A stretch of 64,000 nucleotides of DNA from Candidatus Latescibacterota bacterium. GTDB lineage: Bacteria; Latescibacterota; UBA2968; UBA8231. Position 1 is the stretch's first letter; each line of letters opens with the position of its first letter. The stretch is taken from the NCBI GenBank assembly GCA_965248355.1, contig OZ252098.1:2656001-2720000 (forward strand), in the 5' to 3' direction. Below the pieces are notes generated by a model, which saw only the letters and a program-made list of their open reading frames with translations, was not told where the DNA came from and did no database searches. The position numbers and the translations under genes are program-made. Below, piece after piece: positions 17,620-27,435 of this stretch.

Positions 17620-20597
17620 CAGCTGCGCAGCCTCTCGCCGGCGGGATCGTAGAACGCCCCGTGGTGCACGCGCCCCTCCTCCAGGCGCCCCCCGGCGTAG
17701 ACGGTGAAGGGGGCGCCTTCCTCCGAGGCGAGGCCGGCCGGCAGCCAGCAGAGGCCGATGACGCCTCCGAGGGTGGGCGAGCGCCGGCAGGAGGTGATGA
17801 AGCCGATGATGTCGAAGCCGCCCCCGGACCGGCGGGTGACGATCTGCAGTCCCTCCTCGACGGCGGCGTCGTCGCGGGTCATGCGGAACCCCACGAGGCG
17901 CTGCTTCGGGCCGGTCTCCGCCACCCGGGTCAGGGCCCGCTTCCCGAGGAAGTCCTCCTTCTCCAGCTTGACGGCCCAGCCGGAGTCGGCGGAGATGGCG
18001 TCGGAGAGGGCATCCGTGTCCTGGCCGACGATCAGGTGGCCCTTCTCCAGGCGGAGGATGCGCTGGGCCTCGACGCCGAAGGGGCGGATGCCGTGCTCCT
18101 CCCCGGCCTCCATGAGCGCTTCCCAGAGATACGCCCCGCCGCCCGCCGGGCCGTGGATCTCGTAGGACCGCTCGCCGGTGAAGCCGATGCGCAGCACCAG
18201 GCAGGAGAGGCCGGCGATCCTCGTGCTTCGGGCGCGCATGTAGGGGAACCGGGCCTTGGACAGGTCGCGGGAGGTGAGCTTCTGCAGCACCTCGCGAGAG
18301 GCCGGGCCCGCCAGGTTGACGGCGGCCCGGGCCTCGGTGAGATCGGTGACGTGGACGCCGTCGCCCCAGCCGGACTGGCGCCACCACTCCACCCACTCCA
18401 GGGCCCCGGCGGCGCCGGTGGAGGTGGTGCTCACGTACCAGTCGTCGTCTCCCAGGCGGGCGCAGACGCCGTCGTCGAGGATGACGCCCTCGTCGTTGCA
18501 CATCATGCCGTAGCGCACGCGGCCCCGGCGCAGGTCCCGCCAGGAGTTGACGTAGAGGCGCTCCAGCAGGTCGGGCACGCCCGGCCCGGTGAGGCGCAGC
18601 TTGCCGAGGGGGCTCACGTCGATGAGACCGACCGCGTTGCGCACCGCCGCCACCTCCTCGGACGGGGGGCCGTAGCGCTCGGGCCGCAGCCAGGTGCCGG
18701 CGGTCATCATCCGGGCCCCGCGGGCCACGTGCCAGTCGTGCATCGCCGAGAGCTGCACCGGCTCCATCTTCTGGCCGGCGAGGGCCCCCAGGGAGACGGG
18801 CGTCGCCGGGGGCCTCGCCGTGGTCCGTCCCGTCTCCTGCACCGAGCGGCCGGTGCCGCCGGCGCACAGGCGGATGCCGTGGAGGTTGCACATGCGCCCC
18901 TGGCAGGGGCCCATGCCGATGGTGGTGTAGCGCTTCAGCAGCTCCAGGTGGTCGTAGCCCTCGGCCAGGGAGGTCTCCACGTCGACGTCGGTCACGTCCT
19001 CGCACAGGCAGACGAAGCGCTTGCCGCCGCCGCAGGCGGGAGCGCTGACCAGGGCGGAGGAGTGGGAGGCCTCCCCCGGCGGATCCCCGGCGGCCTCGGC
19101 CTCCCCGGGCGGATCCCCGGGCGGATCCCCGGCGGGGGCCTGCGGGCTGTCCTCCAGGGCCTGGCCGGCTTTCGCGGGGTCTGCGTCCGGGGCCCGGCCG
19201 GCCTTCGCGGGGTCCGCGCCCAAGGCGTGGGTGGCCGCGGCGGCTCCCGCCCGGCGGCCGTGCTCCTCCTCGGCCGCGACCGGTCCCTGCCGGCCGGCGA
19301 CCCGGCCCGCGAGGAACACGCCGTCCGGGAGGTCCACCACCCGAATCTCCCTGTGCTCCTCGTCGTAGCGGCTGCCCGCCCCCGCCATCCAGGCGAGCTC
19401 CGCCGAGGGCTGCCGCCCGGTACTGACGGCGACGAGGTCGCAGCGCACCTGGCGCCGCGAGCCGGTCCCCGAAGCCGGCACGAGCACGGCCTCGCGCACC
19501 CGGCTGCCGCCCCGGGCGGCGCCGATGGTGTACCCGGTGAGCAGCTCGGCCCCGGAGGCGGCCAGGGCCTCCGCCCCGGGAGGCTCCACCCCCTGGCGTT
19601 CGTCGGCCACGGCGGCGACCTCGATCCCGGCGGCCAGCAGGTCGGCCGCCACCTCCCAGCCGCCGTCGTGGGCCGTGACCACCACCGCCCGCCGGCCCGG
19701 GGCCACGCCGTAGAGCCGCAGCAGCCGCTGCACCGCCGTGCCGAGCATGACCCCCGGCCGGTCGTTGCCGACGAAGAGCGGGGGGATCTCGTGGGACCCG
19801 GTGGCCACCACCACGGCGCGGGCCCGGATCTTGAAGAGCCGGTGGCCGCGCACCGCCGACAGCCAGTGGTCCTGGTACCAGCCGGTCACCGAGGTGCCGG
19901 TGATCACCTCCACGCCGGCTCGGGAGAGTCGCTCCGCGGCGGCGTCGAGATGGCCCTGCGGCGCCGGACCGCTGAAGCGCAGGTGTCCGCCGAGGGCGGG
20001 GTTCTCGTCCATCAGCAGCACCCGGGCCCCGCTCTCCCGGGCGGCCAGGGCGGCGCTCATACCGGCGGGACCGCCGCCGGCGACGACCACGTCGGCGTGC
20101 AGGTACTGCTTGTCGTGCTCCCCCTCCGGCGTCTGCTCGTCGACGGTGCCGAGGCCGGCCGCCGTGCGCAGCACCCGGTCGTACAGGGGCCACAGCCGCC
20201 GGGGCCGGATGAAGGTCTTGTAGTAGAACCCGGCGGGCAGGAAGCGGGAGACCCACTCCGTCAGGGCCATGACGTCGAGCTTCAGCGACGGCCAGGCGTT
20301 CTGGGGCCGCACCTCCATGCCGTCCTTCAGCGGCTGGAGGCAGGCGCGCACGTTCGGCTCGGAGCCCACCTGGACCAGGCAGTTGGGGCAGTGGCCGGCG
20401 CAGCACAGCAGGCCGCGGGGCCGGTGGTACTTGAAGGAGCGGCTGAAGACGGAGACCCCGGCCGCGGCCAGGGCCGAGGCGATGGTGTCGCCGGCGCAGC
20501 CGCTGTAGTCGCGGCCGTCGAAGCGGAAACGCAGGCTGCGCCCGCGGTCCAGGATCTCTCCCGGACGCGGGTCGATCCGGTGGGCGGATCCGCTCAT
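17619..20597 (-). CDS. soxA: Sarcosine oxidase alpha-like / NMG dehydrogenase subunit C
   Basis: SRSFKYHRPRG, GGGPAG, ELLKRYTTIGMGPCQG and a GcvT-like folate domain. Confidence 0.88.
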   Translation of the reverse strand: MSGSAHRIDPRPGEILDRGRSLRFRFDGRDYSGCAGDTIASALAAAGVSVFSRSFKYHRPRGLLCCAGHCPNCLVQVGSEPNVRACLQPLKDGMEVRPQNAWPSLKLDVMALTEWVSRFLPAGFYYKTFIRPRRLWPLYDRVLRTAAGLGTVDEQTPEGEHDKQYLHADVVVAGGGPAGMSAALAARESGARVLLMDENPALGGHLRFSGPAPQGHLDAAAERLSRAGVEVITGTSVTGWYQDHWLSAVRGHRLFKIRARAVVVATGSHEIPPLFVGNDRPGVMLGTAVQRLLRLYGVAPGRRAVVVTAHDGGWEVAADLLAAGIEVAAVADERQGVEPPGAEALAASGAELLTGYTIGAARGGSRVREAVLVPASGTGSRRQVRCDLVAVSTGRQPSAELAWMAGAGSRYDEEHREIRVVDLPDGVFLAGRVAGRQGPVAAEEEHGRRAGAAAATHALGADPAKAGRAPDADPAKAGQALEDSPQAPAGDPPGDPPGEAEAAGDPPGEASHSSALVSAPACGGGKRFVCLCEDVTDVDVETSLAEGYDHLELLKRYTTIGMGPCQGRMCNLHGIRLCAGGTGRSVQETGRTTARPPATPVSLGALAGQKMEPVQLSAMHDWHVARGARMMTAGTWLRPERYGPPSEEVAAVRNAVGLIDVSPLGKLRLTGPGVPDLLERLYVNSWRDLRRGRVRYGMMCNDEGVILDDGVCARLGDDDWYVSTTSTGAAGALEWVEWWRQSGWGDGVHVTDLTEARAAVNLAGPASREVLQKLTSRDLSKARFPYMRARSTRIAGLSCLVLRIGFTGERSYEIHGPAGGGAYLWEALMEAGEEHGIRPFGVEAQRILRLEKGHLIVGQDTDALSDAISADSGWAVKLEKEDFLGKRALTRVAETGPKQRLVGFRMTRDDAAVEEGLQIVTRRSGGGFDIIGFITSCRRSPTLGGVIGLCWLPAGLASEEGAPFTVYAGGRLEEGRVHHGAFYDPAGERLRS

Positions 20598-20679
20598 GCC
20601 CAACCCTCCCGGGCGCCGCTGTCGCGGCTGGAGGGGTTCACTCGCCGCTCCCGGGCACCGCCCGCGCGGCTGGAGCGGC

Positions 20680-20964
20680 TCACCCGGCGCTCTCCGTCCC
20701 GGCGGTGTCCGGGGACCACGGGAAGGTCCGGGACACGGCGTTCGTGCGCCGGTCGCGCTCGGCCAGGAACCACAGGCCGCAGCCGGCACGGTGGAGCCAC
20801 CACTCGCGCCGCGGGCCCATAGGGTTGTCGCGCAGGTAGAGGTAGTCGTGCCACTCTTCGTCGCCGGCCTCCATCGAGGGGGAGGGCCGAGGCCGGTGCT
20901 CGCCGCCGTAGTGGAACTCGGAGACGTTGCGCTCGCCGCAGTGGGGGCAGGTCAGCAACAGCAC
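20680..20964 (-). CDS. soxD: Sarcosine oxidase delta-like subunit
   Basis: CPHCGER..EF.YGGE, YLYLRDNP and H..GC motifs. Confidence 0.88.
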   Translation of the reverse strand: MLLLTCPHCGERNVSEFHYGGEHRPRPSPSMEAGDEEWHDYLYLRDNPMGPRREWWLHRAGCGLWFLAERDRRTNAVSRTFPWSPDTAGTESAG

Positions 20965-20965
20965 G

Positions 20966-22198
20966 TCAGTGGCTCACCGAGGCGGCGCCCTTCTCGCCCA
21001 CCGGATCGAACTCGGCGAAGCGGGACAGGCGGAAGGGATGGATGAGGTCGGGGGTTCGGCCGGTGGCGATCAGCTCGGCCAGGGTCTGGCCGCAGATGGG
21101 CGAGGCCTTGAAGCCGTAGGTGCCCCAGCCGGCGTCCATGAGGAAGCCGTCCACCGGCGTGAACCCCATGAGGGGGCTGTAGTCGGGCGGCATCTCGCAC
21201 AGGCCCGCCCACTGGCGCAGGATGCGGACCTGCGACAGGAAAGGGAACAGCTCCAGCACGTGCCCCGAGAGCCCCTCGAGGAAGTCGAGGGAGCCGGCCA
21301 TGGAGTAGGAGGTGAAGGGATCGACGCTGGCCCCCATGACCAGCTCGCCGCGGCCGGACTGGCTGATGTAGACGTGCAGGGAGCCGGAGACGACGACCAC
21401 GTCGAGGAAGGGCTTGAGGGGCTCGGTGACGCAGGCCTGGAGGGGGAACGTGTCCAGAGGCAGGCGCAGGCCGGCCATGGCGGCCAGGTTCGAGGCCCAG
21501 CCGGCGGTGGCCGACAGCACGGTCCCGGCCGAGACGGGGCCCCGCGTGGTGCGCACCCCGGTGACGGCGCCGGCGGCCACGTCGATGCCGGTGACCTCGG
21601 TGTACTGATGGATGTCGACGCCGCGCTCGTCGGCGCCGCGGGCGTAGCCCCAGACGACGGCGTCGTGGCGGATGATGCCTCCGGGCGGATGGTAGAGGGC
21701 GGCGTGGATGGGGAAGCGCGGGCGGTCGGAGAGGTCGAGTTGCGGGCAGATGCGGTCCAGCTCGTCCGGGAAGACGAGGCGGGAGTCGACGCCCTCCAGG
21801 CGGTTGACCTCGGCGCGGCGGCGCATGGTGCGCACCGAGCCGTCGTCGTGGGCCAGGGTGAGGTGGCCGCGCCGGCTGAACATGACGTTGAAGTCGAGGT
21901 CGGCGGCCAGCCCCTCGTAGAGCTCGAGGCTGGCGTCGTAGAAGCGCACGCCCTCCGGCGTGAGGTAGTTGGAGCGCAGGATCGCCGTGTTGCGCCCCGA
22001 GCCCCCGGAGCCGATGTAGCTCTTCTCGAGGACGGCCACGTCGGTGATGCCGTGGTCGCGGGCCAGGTAGTAGGCGCAGGCCAGACCGTGGGCGCCGCCG
22101 CCGATGATGACGACGTCGTAGCGGTCCTTCAGGGGGCGGTCGTGCCACATGCGCCGGGGGCTGGCACCCAGGCCGTGGCGCAGCAGTTCGAGGGGCAT
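20966..22198 (-). CDS. soxB: Sarcosine oxidase beta-like / NMG dehydrogenase subunit A (FAD)
   Basis: GGGAHGL, GRNTAILRSNY and GWGTYGFKA motifs. Confidence 0.88.
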   Translation of the reverse strand: MPLELLRHGLGASPRRMWHDRPLKDRYDVVIIGGGAHGLACAYYLARDHGITDVAVLEKSYIGSGGSGRNTAILRSNYLTPEGVRFYDASLELYEGLAADLDFNVMFSRRGHLTLAHDDGSVRTMRRRAEVNRLEGVDSRLVFPDELDRICPQLDLSDRPRFPIHAALYHPPGGIIRHDAVVWGYARGADERGVDIHQYTEVTGIDVAAGAVTGVRTTRGPVSAGTVLSATAGWASNLAAMAGLRLPLDTFPLQACVTEPLKPFLDVVVVSGSLHVYISQSGRGELVMGASVDPFTSYSMAGSLDFLEGLSGHVLELFPFLSQVRILRQWAGLCEMPPDYSPLMGFTPVDGFLMDAGWGTYGFKASPICGQTLAELIATGRTPDLIHPFRLSRFAEFDPVGEKGAASVSH

Positions 22199-22285
22199 AC
22201 GGTGGCGCTCCGGCGCGGATGTGCACGGGAGAAGGGCGATAAGATGTGCAGCCCGAGGGGTGGCCGCCAAGGGGTCTCGCCGCCG

Positions 22286-23720
22286 GGTAGTGGCTCAGTT
22301 TGAAAAAACTTACCCAAACGGCATGAAAAAGCCGCTCACCAATCGGGAAGCGGCCCGTAACTCGTAAAGGGTTGAGTCTGGGGGCTATTCGGTCGAGGGG
22401 TAAACCCGCTGCCTCCGGTGGTGGCGGGGACCAGCCAGTAAATTCAAGGCCGCAAGGTGGCCTTGATGCGGGCCCAGGTAGTGGACTCGACGGCTGTGTC
22501 CGATCCCACCAGGATACCGTGTACGAATACATCAACCTCGTCCCCTGGGCCCGGGTCCTCTGGAATGTCATGCAAGTAGAACTGACCACTCCCTCTGTCG
22601 TCGTGGTCCCAATCGAAAACACCCAGGATGAATCCCATGACCTGGCCGGGTTCGAACGTGGAAATTTCGCTTCCGTCGGGATCGGACTGGATCATGCGAT
22701 CGAAGGCCGTGACGTAGAACTCGACAGTCCACAAAGCGGTTTCGTCGTCCAGGACAGAGCCCGCTCCAAATGCGTAGGGAAGTTCGACGACCCAGTCGCT
22801 GTCAGCGACGTACGGAAACCCTACTAGACCCCACCGATCTGAGTAGGGTTTGACCTCGTAATACTGAGCATGGGAATTATTCCTCGGGAACCTTCCGCCA
22901 GAATGGTCTCCGTCCACCATCAGGGCGACGTGATCGGACAGCTCGTGAAAACGGCTATCGTCTGTGTTTCGGTACACGTCATCTGAAGCCTCGATGGCGA
23001 CGTACACCTTGCCGTGGTCGGACCAAGCCATCCAGGCGCGGAAATCCAGGTTTGCGGGATCGTATTCGCCGTGCGGCGGATCGTAGTGCCAGGACAGTTC
23101 GAAGTCGAGCCGCGTCACGATGGGTTCCCCGAACAGGTCTTTCCAATCAGCCAGATCACCATCCACAGTCAACTGGTCCGCGGATACGTAGGGGATGGAG
23201 AATACTCGGTCTCCCACGTGCGCGCTGGCCTGGGTTGATAGGATTTCCAGCAGCAGCACCAAGACGATCACCATGAGTCCCTCCTGTCGAACAGCTCGAC
23301 CACATCGGCCAAATGACAAGTGTTCTTCAGACGCTTCGACGCTTGATACCGCTCCGAAGTTTCGACCCCGACCATAACCCGTAAGCCCAGATTCCTGCCC
23401 TGCGTTGGACCCGGCGGCTGAAGCAAAGACCTGTTTTGCCGAGCACCAGGAAACGTCCGTCTGTCCTCGCCAACCACGAAACCCGAATCCAACGCTTGGA
23501 GGCTGCTGTCGGATGAGCAAGGGACGACTGTCCTGGACAGGTTACAAAGGAGCAACGCCCGCCGATATAGGCCGGCGTTGCTGCGTAAGAAGTCGCCCAA
23601 GGCCACCCAGACCGCTTTCCGAACATAGCGCCACTACGTGCTGCATCTGCTGCAAAGTGTCGCTGCGCGATGGTCCCGGCTCCGGCAGCAAGAAAGCTTT
23701 TTTCAAACTGAGTCACTACC
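22286..23720. mobile_element. Non-autonomous mobile cassette with IS1-like ends
   Basis: IRs ggtagtggctcagtttgaaaaaa / ttttttcaaactgagtcactacc. 8-bp TSD cgccgccg at 22278-22285 and 23721-23728. No transposase inside, and visibly lower GC. Confidence 0.85.
22444..23274 (-). CDS. Secreted protein, DOMON/CBM9-like, with C-terminal TAVESTTWARIK motif (cassette passenger)
   Basis: AGGAGG RBS and signal peptide. VDGDLADW, VYVAIEASDD and DGDHSGG motifs. Confidence 0.7.
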   Translation of the reverse strand: MVIVLVLLLEILSTQASAHVGDRVFSIPYVSADQLTVDGDLADWKDLFGEPIVTRLDFELSWHYDPPHGEYDPANLDFRAWMAWSDHGKVYVAIEASDDVYRNTDDSRFHELSDHVALMVDGDHSGGRFPRNNSHAQYYEVKPYSDRWGLVGFPYVADSDWVVELPYAFGAGSVLDDETALWTVEFYVTAFDRMIQSDPDGSEISTFEPGQVMGFILGVFDWDHDDRGSGQFYLHDIPEDPGPGDEVDVFVHGILVGSDTAVESTTWARIKATLRP

Positions 23721-23822
23721 CGCCGCCGCCCGCCGGACATCCTCCCCGGCGCCGGTACGGCCGGCGGCCGAGCTTGCCGGCCCCATCCCCCTTGTGCAAC
23801 ATCAGCCTCGGAAGACGCCGAG

Positions 23823-25822
23823 ATGCCCTCACCCCGCTTCGACCGCAGCCTGCTGCCGCCGGCGGACCTCGAGTTCGTCGTCGTCTCCGACACCCATTAC
23901 ATGATCGACGTCGGCGACGCGCCGCTGGAGTTCGAGTCGCGCCGCCGCCAGGGCGAGCGGGCCGGCGCCGCCTGGCGCGCCATCGCCAGCCTCGACCCGG
24001 CCTTCGTCGTGCATCTGGGCGACATGGTGCAGGAGTTCCCGGGCCGTCCCGACTACGACCGCGCGGTGGGCGAGGCCCTCGGCCAGATCCACGCCGCCGG
24101 GCTGTGGGAGCGCTGCCGCTTCGCGGCCGGCAACCACGACATCGGCGACCGGCCCGATCCGACCATGCCCACGGGCGAGACCACGGAGGAGAGCCTCGAT
24201 ACCTGGGAGCGGAGGCACGGAGCGTCCTGGCGCACCTGGGCCGCGGCAGGGATCCGCTTCCTTGTGCTCAACTCGCAGCTGTTCAACACCGGCCTGGCCG
24301 CGGCCGCCCGGCAGCGTGCCTGGTTCGAGGCGCAGCTGGTGGAGGCGGGTCCCGAGCCGTGCGTCCTGTTCCTGCACATGCCGCCGTACCTCAGGGACCC
24401 CGGCGAGCCCTGGCTCGGCCACTACGACAACCTCGGCGAGCCGGACCGCGGCTGGCTCCTCGACCTGGTGCGCCGGCACCGGTTCCTCGCCATGTTCGCC
24501 GGCCACGTGCACTTCCAGTTCTTCGATCACGTGGCCGGCGAGGCCGGCCTCTGCCGCTACTACGTCACACCCTCCCCGTCGTTCACGAGGCCCGGGTTCT
24601 CACACCTCTTCACCTCGGCCCCGCCTCCGGAGCAGGGCCGGGACGACGCGGAGAAGCTGGGATTCTTCCTGTGCCGGATGGCTGGAGGCCGGCTCGACGT
24701 TCACCGCGTGCGAATGGCGGCCCTGCCGGCCGCGGGCGACGGGTCCTGCCTCATCACTCCGCTGCCGGCCGCCTCCGGGCCGGGGCAGGACGGAGCTCGT
24801 TTCGGCACCGGTCTCACCCTGCGCCACGCCTTGGCCCCCCAGACCGACGTGCCCCTGGCCTGGCCGTCGGTGATACGTCAGCCGGTGCGCAACGACTACC
24901 CCCTGCTCGCCTGTCTGGAGATGGGCGCTTCGTGGGTGCGCACGCCTCTGGCCGACCTGGCGGACCCGGTCCAGGGCCGGCGTCTCGACCTGCTCCGCGC
25001 CGAGGGGGTCCGCGTGCAGGCCGTCGCTCTCGGCGAGGAAGAGGCCCTCGCCCACGCCGCCGATCTCGCTGGTGCGGATGCCCTGGAGGTGCAGTTGCCC
25101 GGGCGCGTCCTGCCGGACACTCGATCTCTGGCGGCGCACCGCCCCTGGTGCTCGCTCCCGTGCTGCCGGGCCAGCCGGTGCCGGGAAAGCAGCACCACCG
25201 CACGCGGATCGGCTTCTCGCCCGACGAGCTGGACGGCCTCGGCGAGGCCCTCGAGGAATCGCACCTGACGGCCGCTGCCGCCTGCCGGCTGGATCCGGCG
25301 GACCCCTGGAGGACGGCGAGGCGCCTGGAGCAGGCCCGCGGCCGGAGACCGCAGCAGCTGCAGCTGCTTGCCGAGCTGCCCGGCGTGGACGACGGGACCA
25401 ACGCCAAGGCCGTGGCGCGCGCCCTGCTGGCGGCGGCGAGTCTCGACGTACGTCTCTTCCTCGAGCCGCTGGTCGACATGGACCGCACCATGGACGTGGC
25501 CCGGGGCCTGCTGGACACACGCTGCAACCCGCGCCCCCCCTTCGAGGTCGCCCGCTGCCTCGCGGCGCTGTTGCGGCGGGAAGCCGGCAGACCGGTGGCC
25601 GTCTCCCGGCGCGGGCCCTGCGAGATCGCCTCCCTTGGAGATGCAGCCTGCCTGGTGATCGCCGACGCCGGGCCCGTCCGTCTGGGCGACGTGCTGGACC
25701 CGCCGCCCCTGGGCCCCCTGTGGTCGTGCCGGCTCGCGGCGGGCGCGGTGACCACCTTCGATCCGCGAAGCGAGTTGACGCCGGAGGACGGCCCCCTGCT
25801 GGTGTTCCGCCGCCCCGACTGA
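23823..25822 (+). pseudogene. Calcineurin-like metallophosphoesterase with long C-terminal region; frameshift near 25135
   Basis: SDTH, HLGD, GNHD and AGHVH motifs. Coding-like sequence continues in the 23405..25822 frame (PPLVLAPVLPG..). Confidence 0.65.
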
Positions 25823-25898
25823 CCCGTAACCGGCGCCGCCTGTTGAATGCAGGGAAATCAGATTGCATCAGAGAACCGGGAGACGTATACTCCCGGGG

Positions 25899-26528
25899 AT
25901 GGCCGAGTCGAATCAGCGGAACGCCGCCTCCGACCCGGCGACCACCGGGGCGCCGGAGAACCGCCTGGAGAGCTCCATCGGGCGCCAGATCCGCACCTTC
26001 CGCCGGCAGTTGGACATGACCGCCGCCGACCTGTCGCGCGAGGCGGGTCTGTCGGCGGGGATGCTCTCCAAGATCGAGAACGGCCTCACCTCGCCCTCGC
26101 TGGCGACCCTGAGCGCCCTGGCGGGAGCCCTCAACGTCCCGGTGACCGCCCTCTTCCGCAAGTACGAGGAGGCCCGCGACGCCTCCTTCGTGCCCGCCGG
26201 CACCGGGCTCGACATCGAGCGCCGCGGCACCCGGGCCGGCCACCAGTACCAGCTCCTCGGGCACACGGTGAGCCGGCGCATGTTCGTCGAGCCCTACCTC
26301 ATCCACCTGACCGCCGAGTCGGACGTCTTCCCCGTCTTCCAGCACGGCGGCGTGGAGTTCATCTACATCCTGGAGGGGCGCATCACCTACCGGCACGGGG
26401 ACCGCACCTGGGCCATGGGCCCGGGCGACTCCCTGTTCTTCGACGCCGACGCGCCCCACGGGCCCGAGGAGCTCACCGAGCTGCCCATCCGTTTCCTGTC
26501 CATCCTCATCGAGCCGAGGGAGAGCTGA
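25899..26528 (+). CDS. XRE-family HTH + cupin transcriptional regulator
   Basis: GLSAGMLSKIENG..SPSL and GDSLFFDADAPHGP motifs. Confidence 0.9.
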   Translation: MAESNQRNAASDPATTGAPENRLESSIGRQIRTFRRQLDMTAADLSREAGLSAGMLSKIENGLTSPSLATLSALAGALNVPVTALFRKYEEARDASFVPAGTGLDIERRGTRAGHQYQLLGHTVSRRMFVEPYLIHLTAESDVFPVFQHGGVEFIYILEGRITYRHGDRTWAMGPGDSLFFDADAPHGPEELTELPIRFLSILIEPRES

Positions 26529-26529
26529 C

Positions 26530-27435
26530 ATGTGCGGCATCGCCGGAATTCTGTTCAAGCGTCCGCCGGAGCACCTGAGCGCCGGCCGGGCCCTGGTGGA
26601 GATGCTGGACGGCTGCCAGCACCGCGGCCCCGACTCCACCGGATTCGCCCTCTACGGCCAGGACGAGCCCGGCCGCCTGCGGCTGCGCTTCATCGTCGGC
26701 GAGGACGGCGTCGCCGAGGCGGCGTGCGCCCGCATCGGCGAGGCGCTGGCGGAGCAGGGGGCTTCGGTGGTCAGCGAGGAGCGGGTCGGCGGCGACTACC
26801 GCGTGACGGTGGAGTTCGACGGCGACCTGCAGCGCTTCGCCTACGCCGTGGAGCACGCCGCCAAGGTCGTCTCCATCGGCTCGAGCCTGGAGATCGTCAA
26901 GGACGTGGGCGGCGCCCGCGACGTGGACGCGCGCTACGGCGTGCAGGGCTTCGAGGGCAGCCACGGCCTCGGCCACGTGCGCCTGGCCACCGAGAGCGAC
27001 GTCAAGCCGGAGGCCTCCCACCCCTTCTGGGCCACGGGGTTCGCCGACGTGGCCATCGTCCACAACGGCCAGATCACCAACTACTGGAAGATGCGCCGCC
27101 GCCTGGAGCAGCGCGGCTTCGAGTTCGCCACCGACAACGACTCCGAGCTGATCGCCGTCTACCTGGCGGACAAGCTCTCCCAGGGCCTGCCGCTTCAGGA
27201 GGCCCTGCGCACCTCCATCGACGATCTGGACGGGACCTTTTCCTTCCTGGTGTCGACGAAGGACGAGATCGGCTACGCCAAGGACCGCATCGCCGCCAAG
27301 CCCATGATCATGTACGAGGACGACGACCTCGTGGCCGTGGCCTCGGAGGAGGTCTCCCTCAACCGCCTGTTCCCCGGCCAGGCCCTCGACACCCGCGAGC
27401 CCCCGCCCGGGACCTACGCCACATGGTCCAGGTAG
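26530..27435 (+). CDS. glxB: Class II glutamine amidotransferase, NMG synthase subunit A (GlxB/MgsA)
   Basis: MCGIAG, HRGPDSTG, HVRLATES, HNGQITNY and DSE motifs. Confidence 0.85.
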   Translation: MCGIAGILFKRPPEHLSAGRALVEMLDGCQHRGPDSTGFALYGQDEPGRLRLRFIVGEDGVAEAACARIGEALAEQGASVVSEERVGGDYRVTVEFDGDLQRFAYAVEHAAKVVSIGSSLEIVKDVGGARDVDARYGVQGFEGSHGLGHVRLATESDVKPEASHPFWATGFADVAIVHNGQITNYWKMRRRLEQRGFEFATDNDSELIAVYLADKLSQGLPLQEALRTSIDDLDGTFSFLVSTKDEIGYAKDRIAAKPMIMYEDDDLVAVASEEVSLNRLFPGQALDTREPPPGTYATWSR

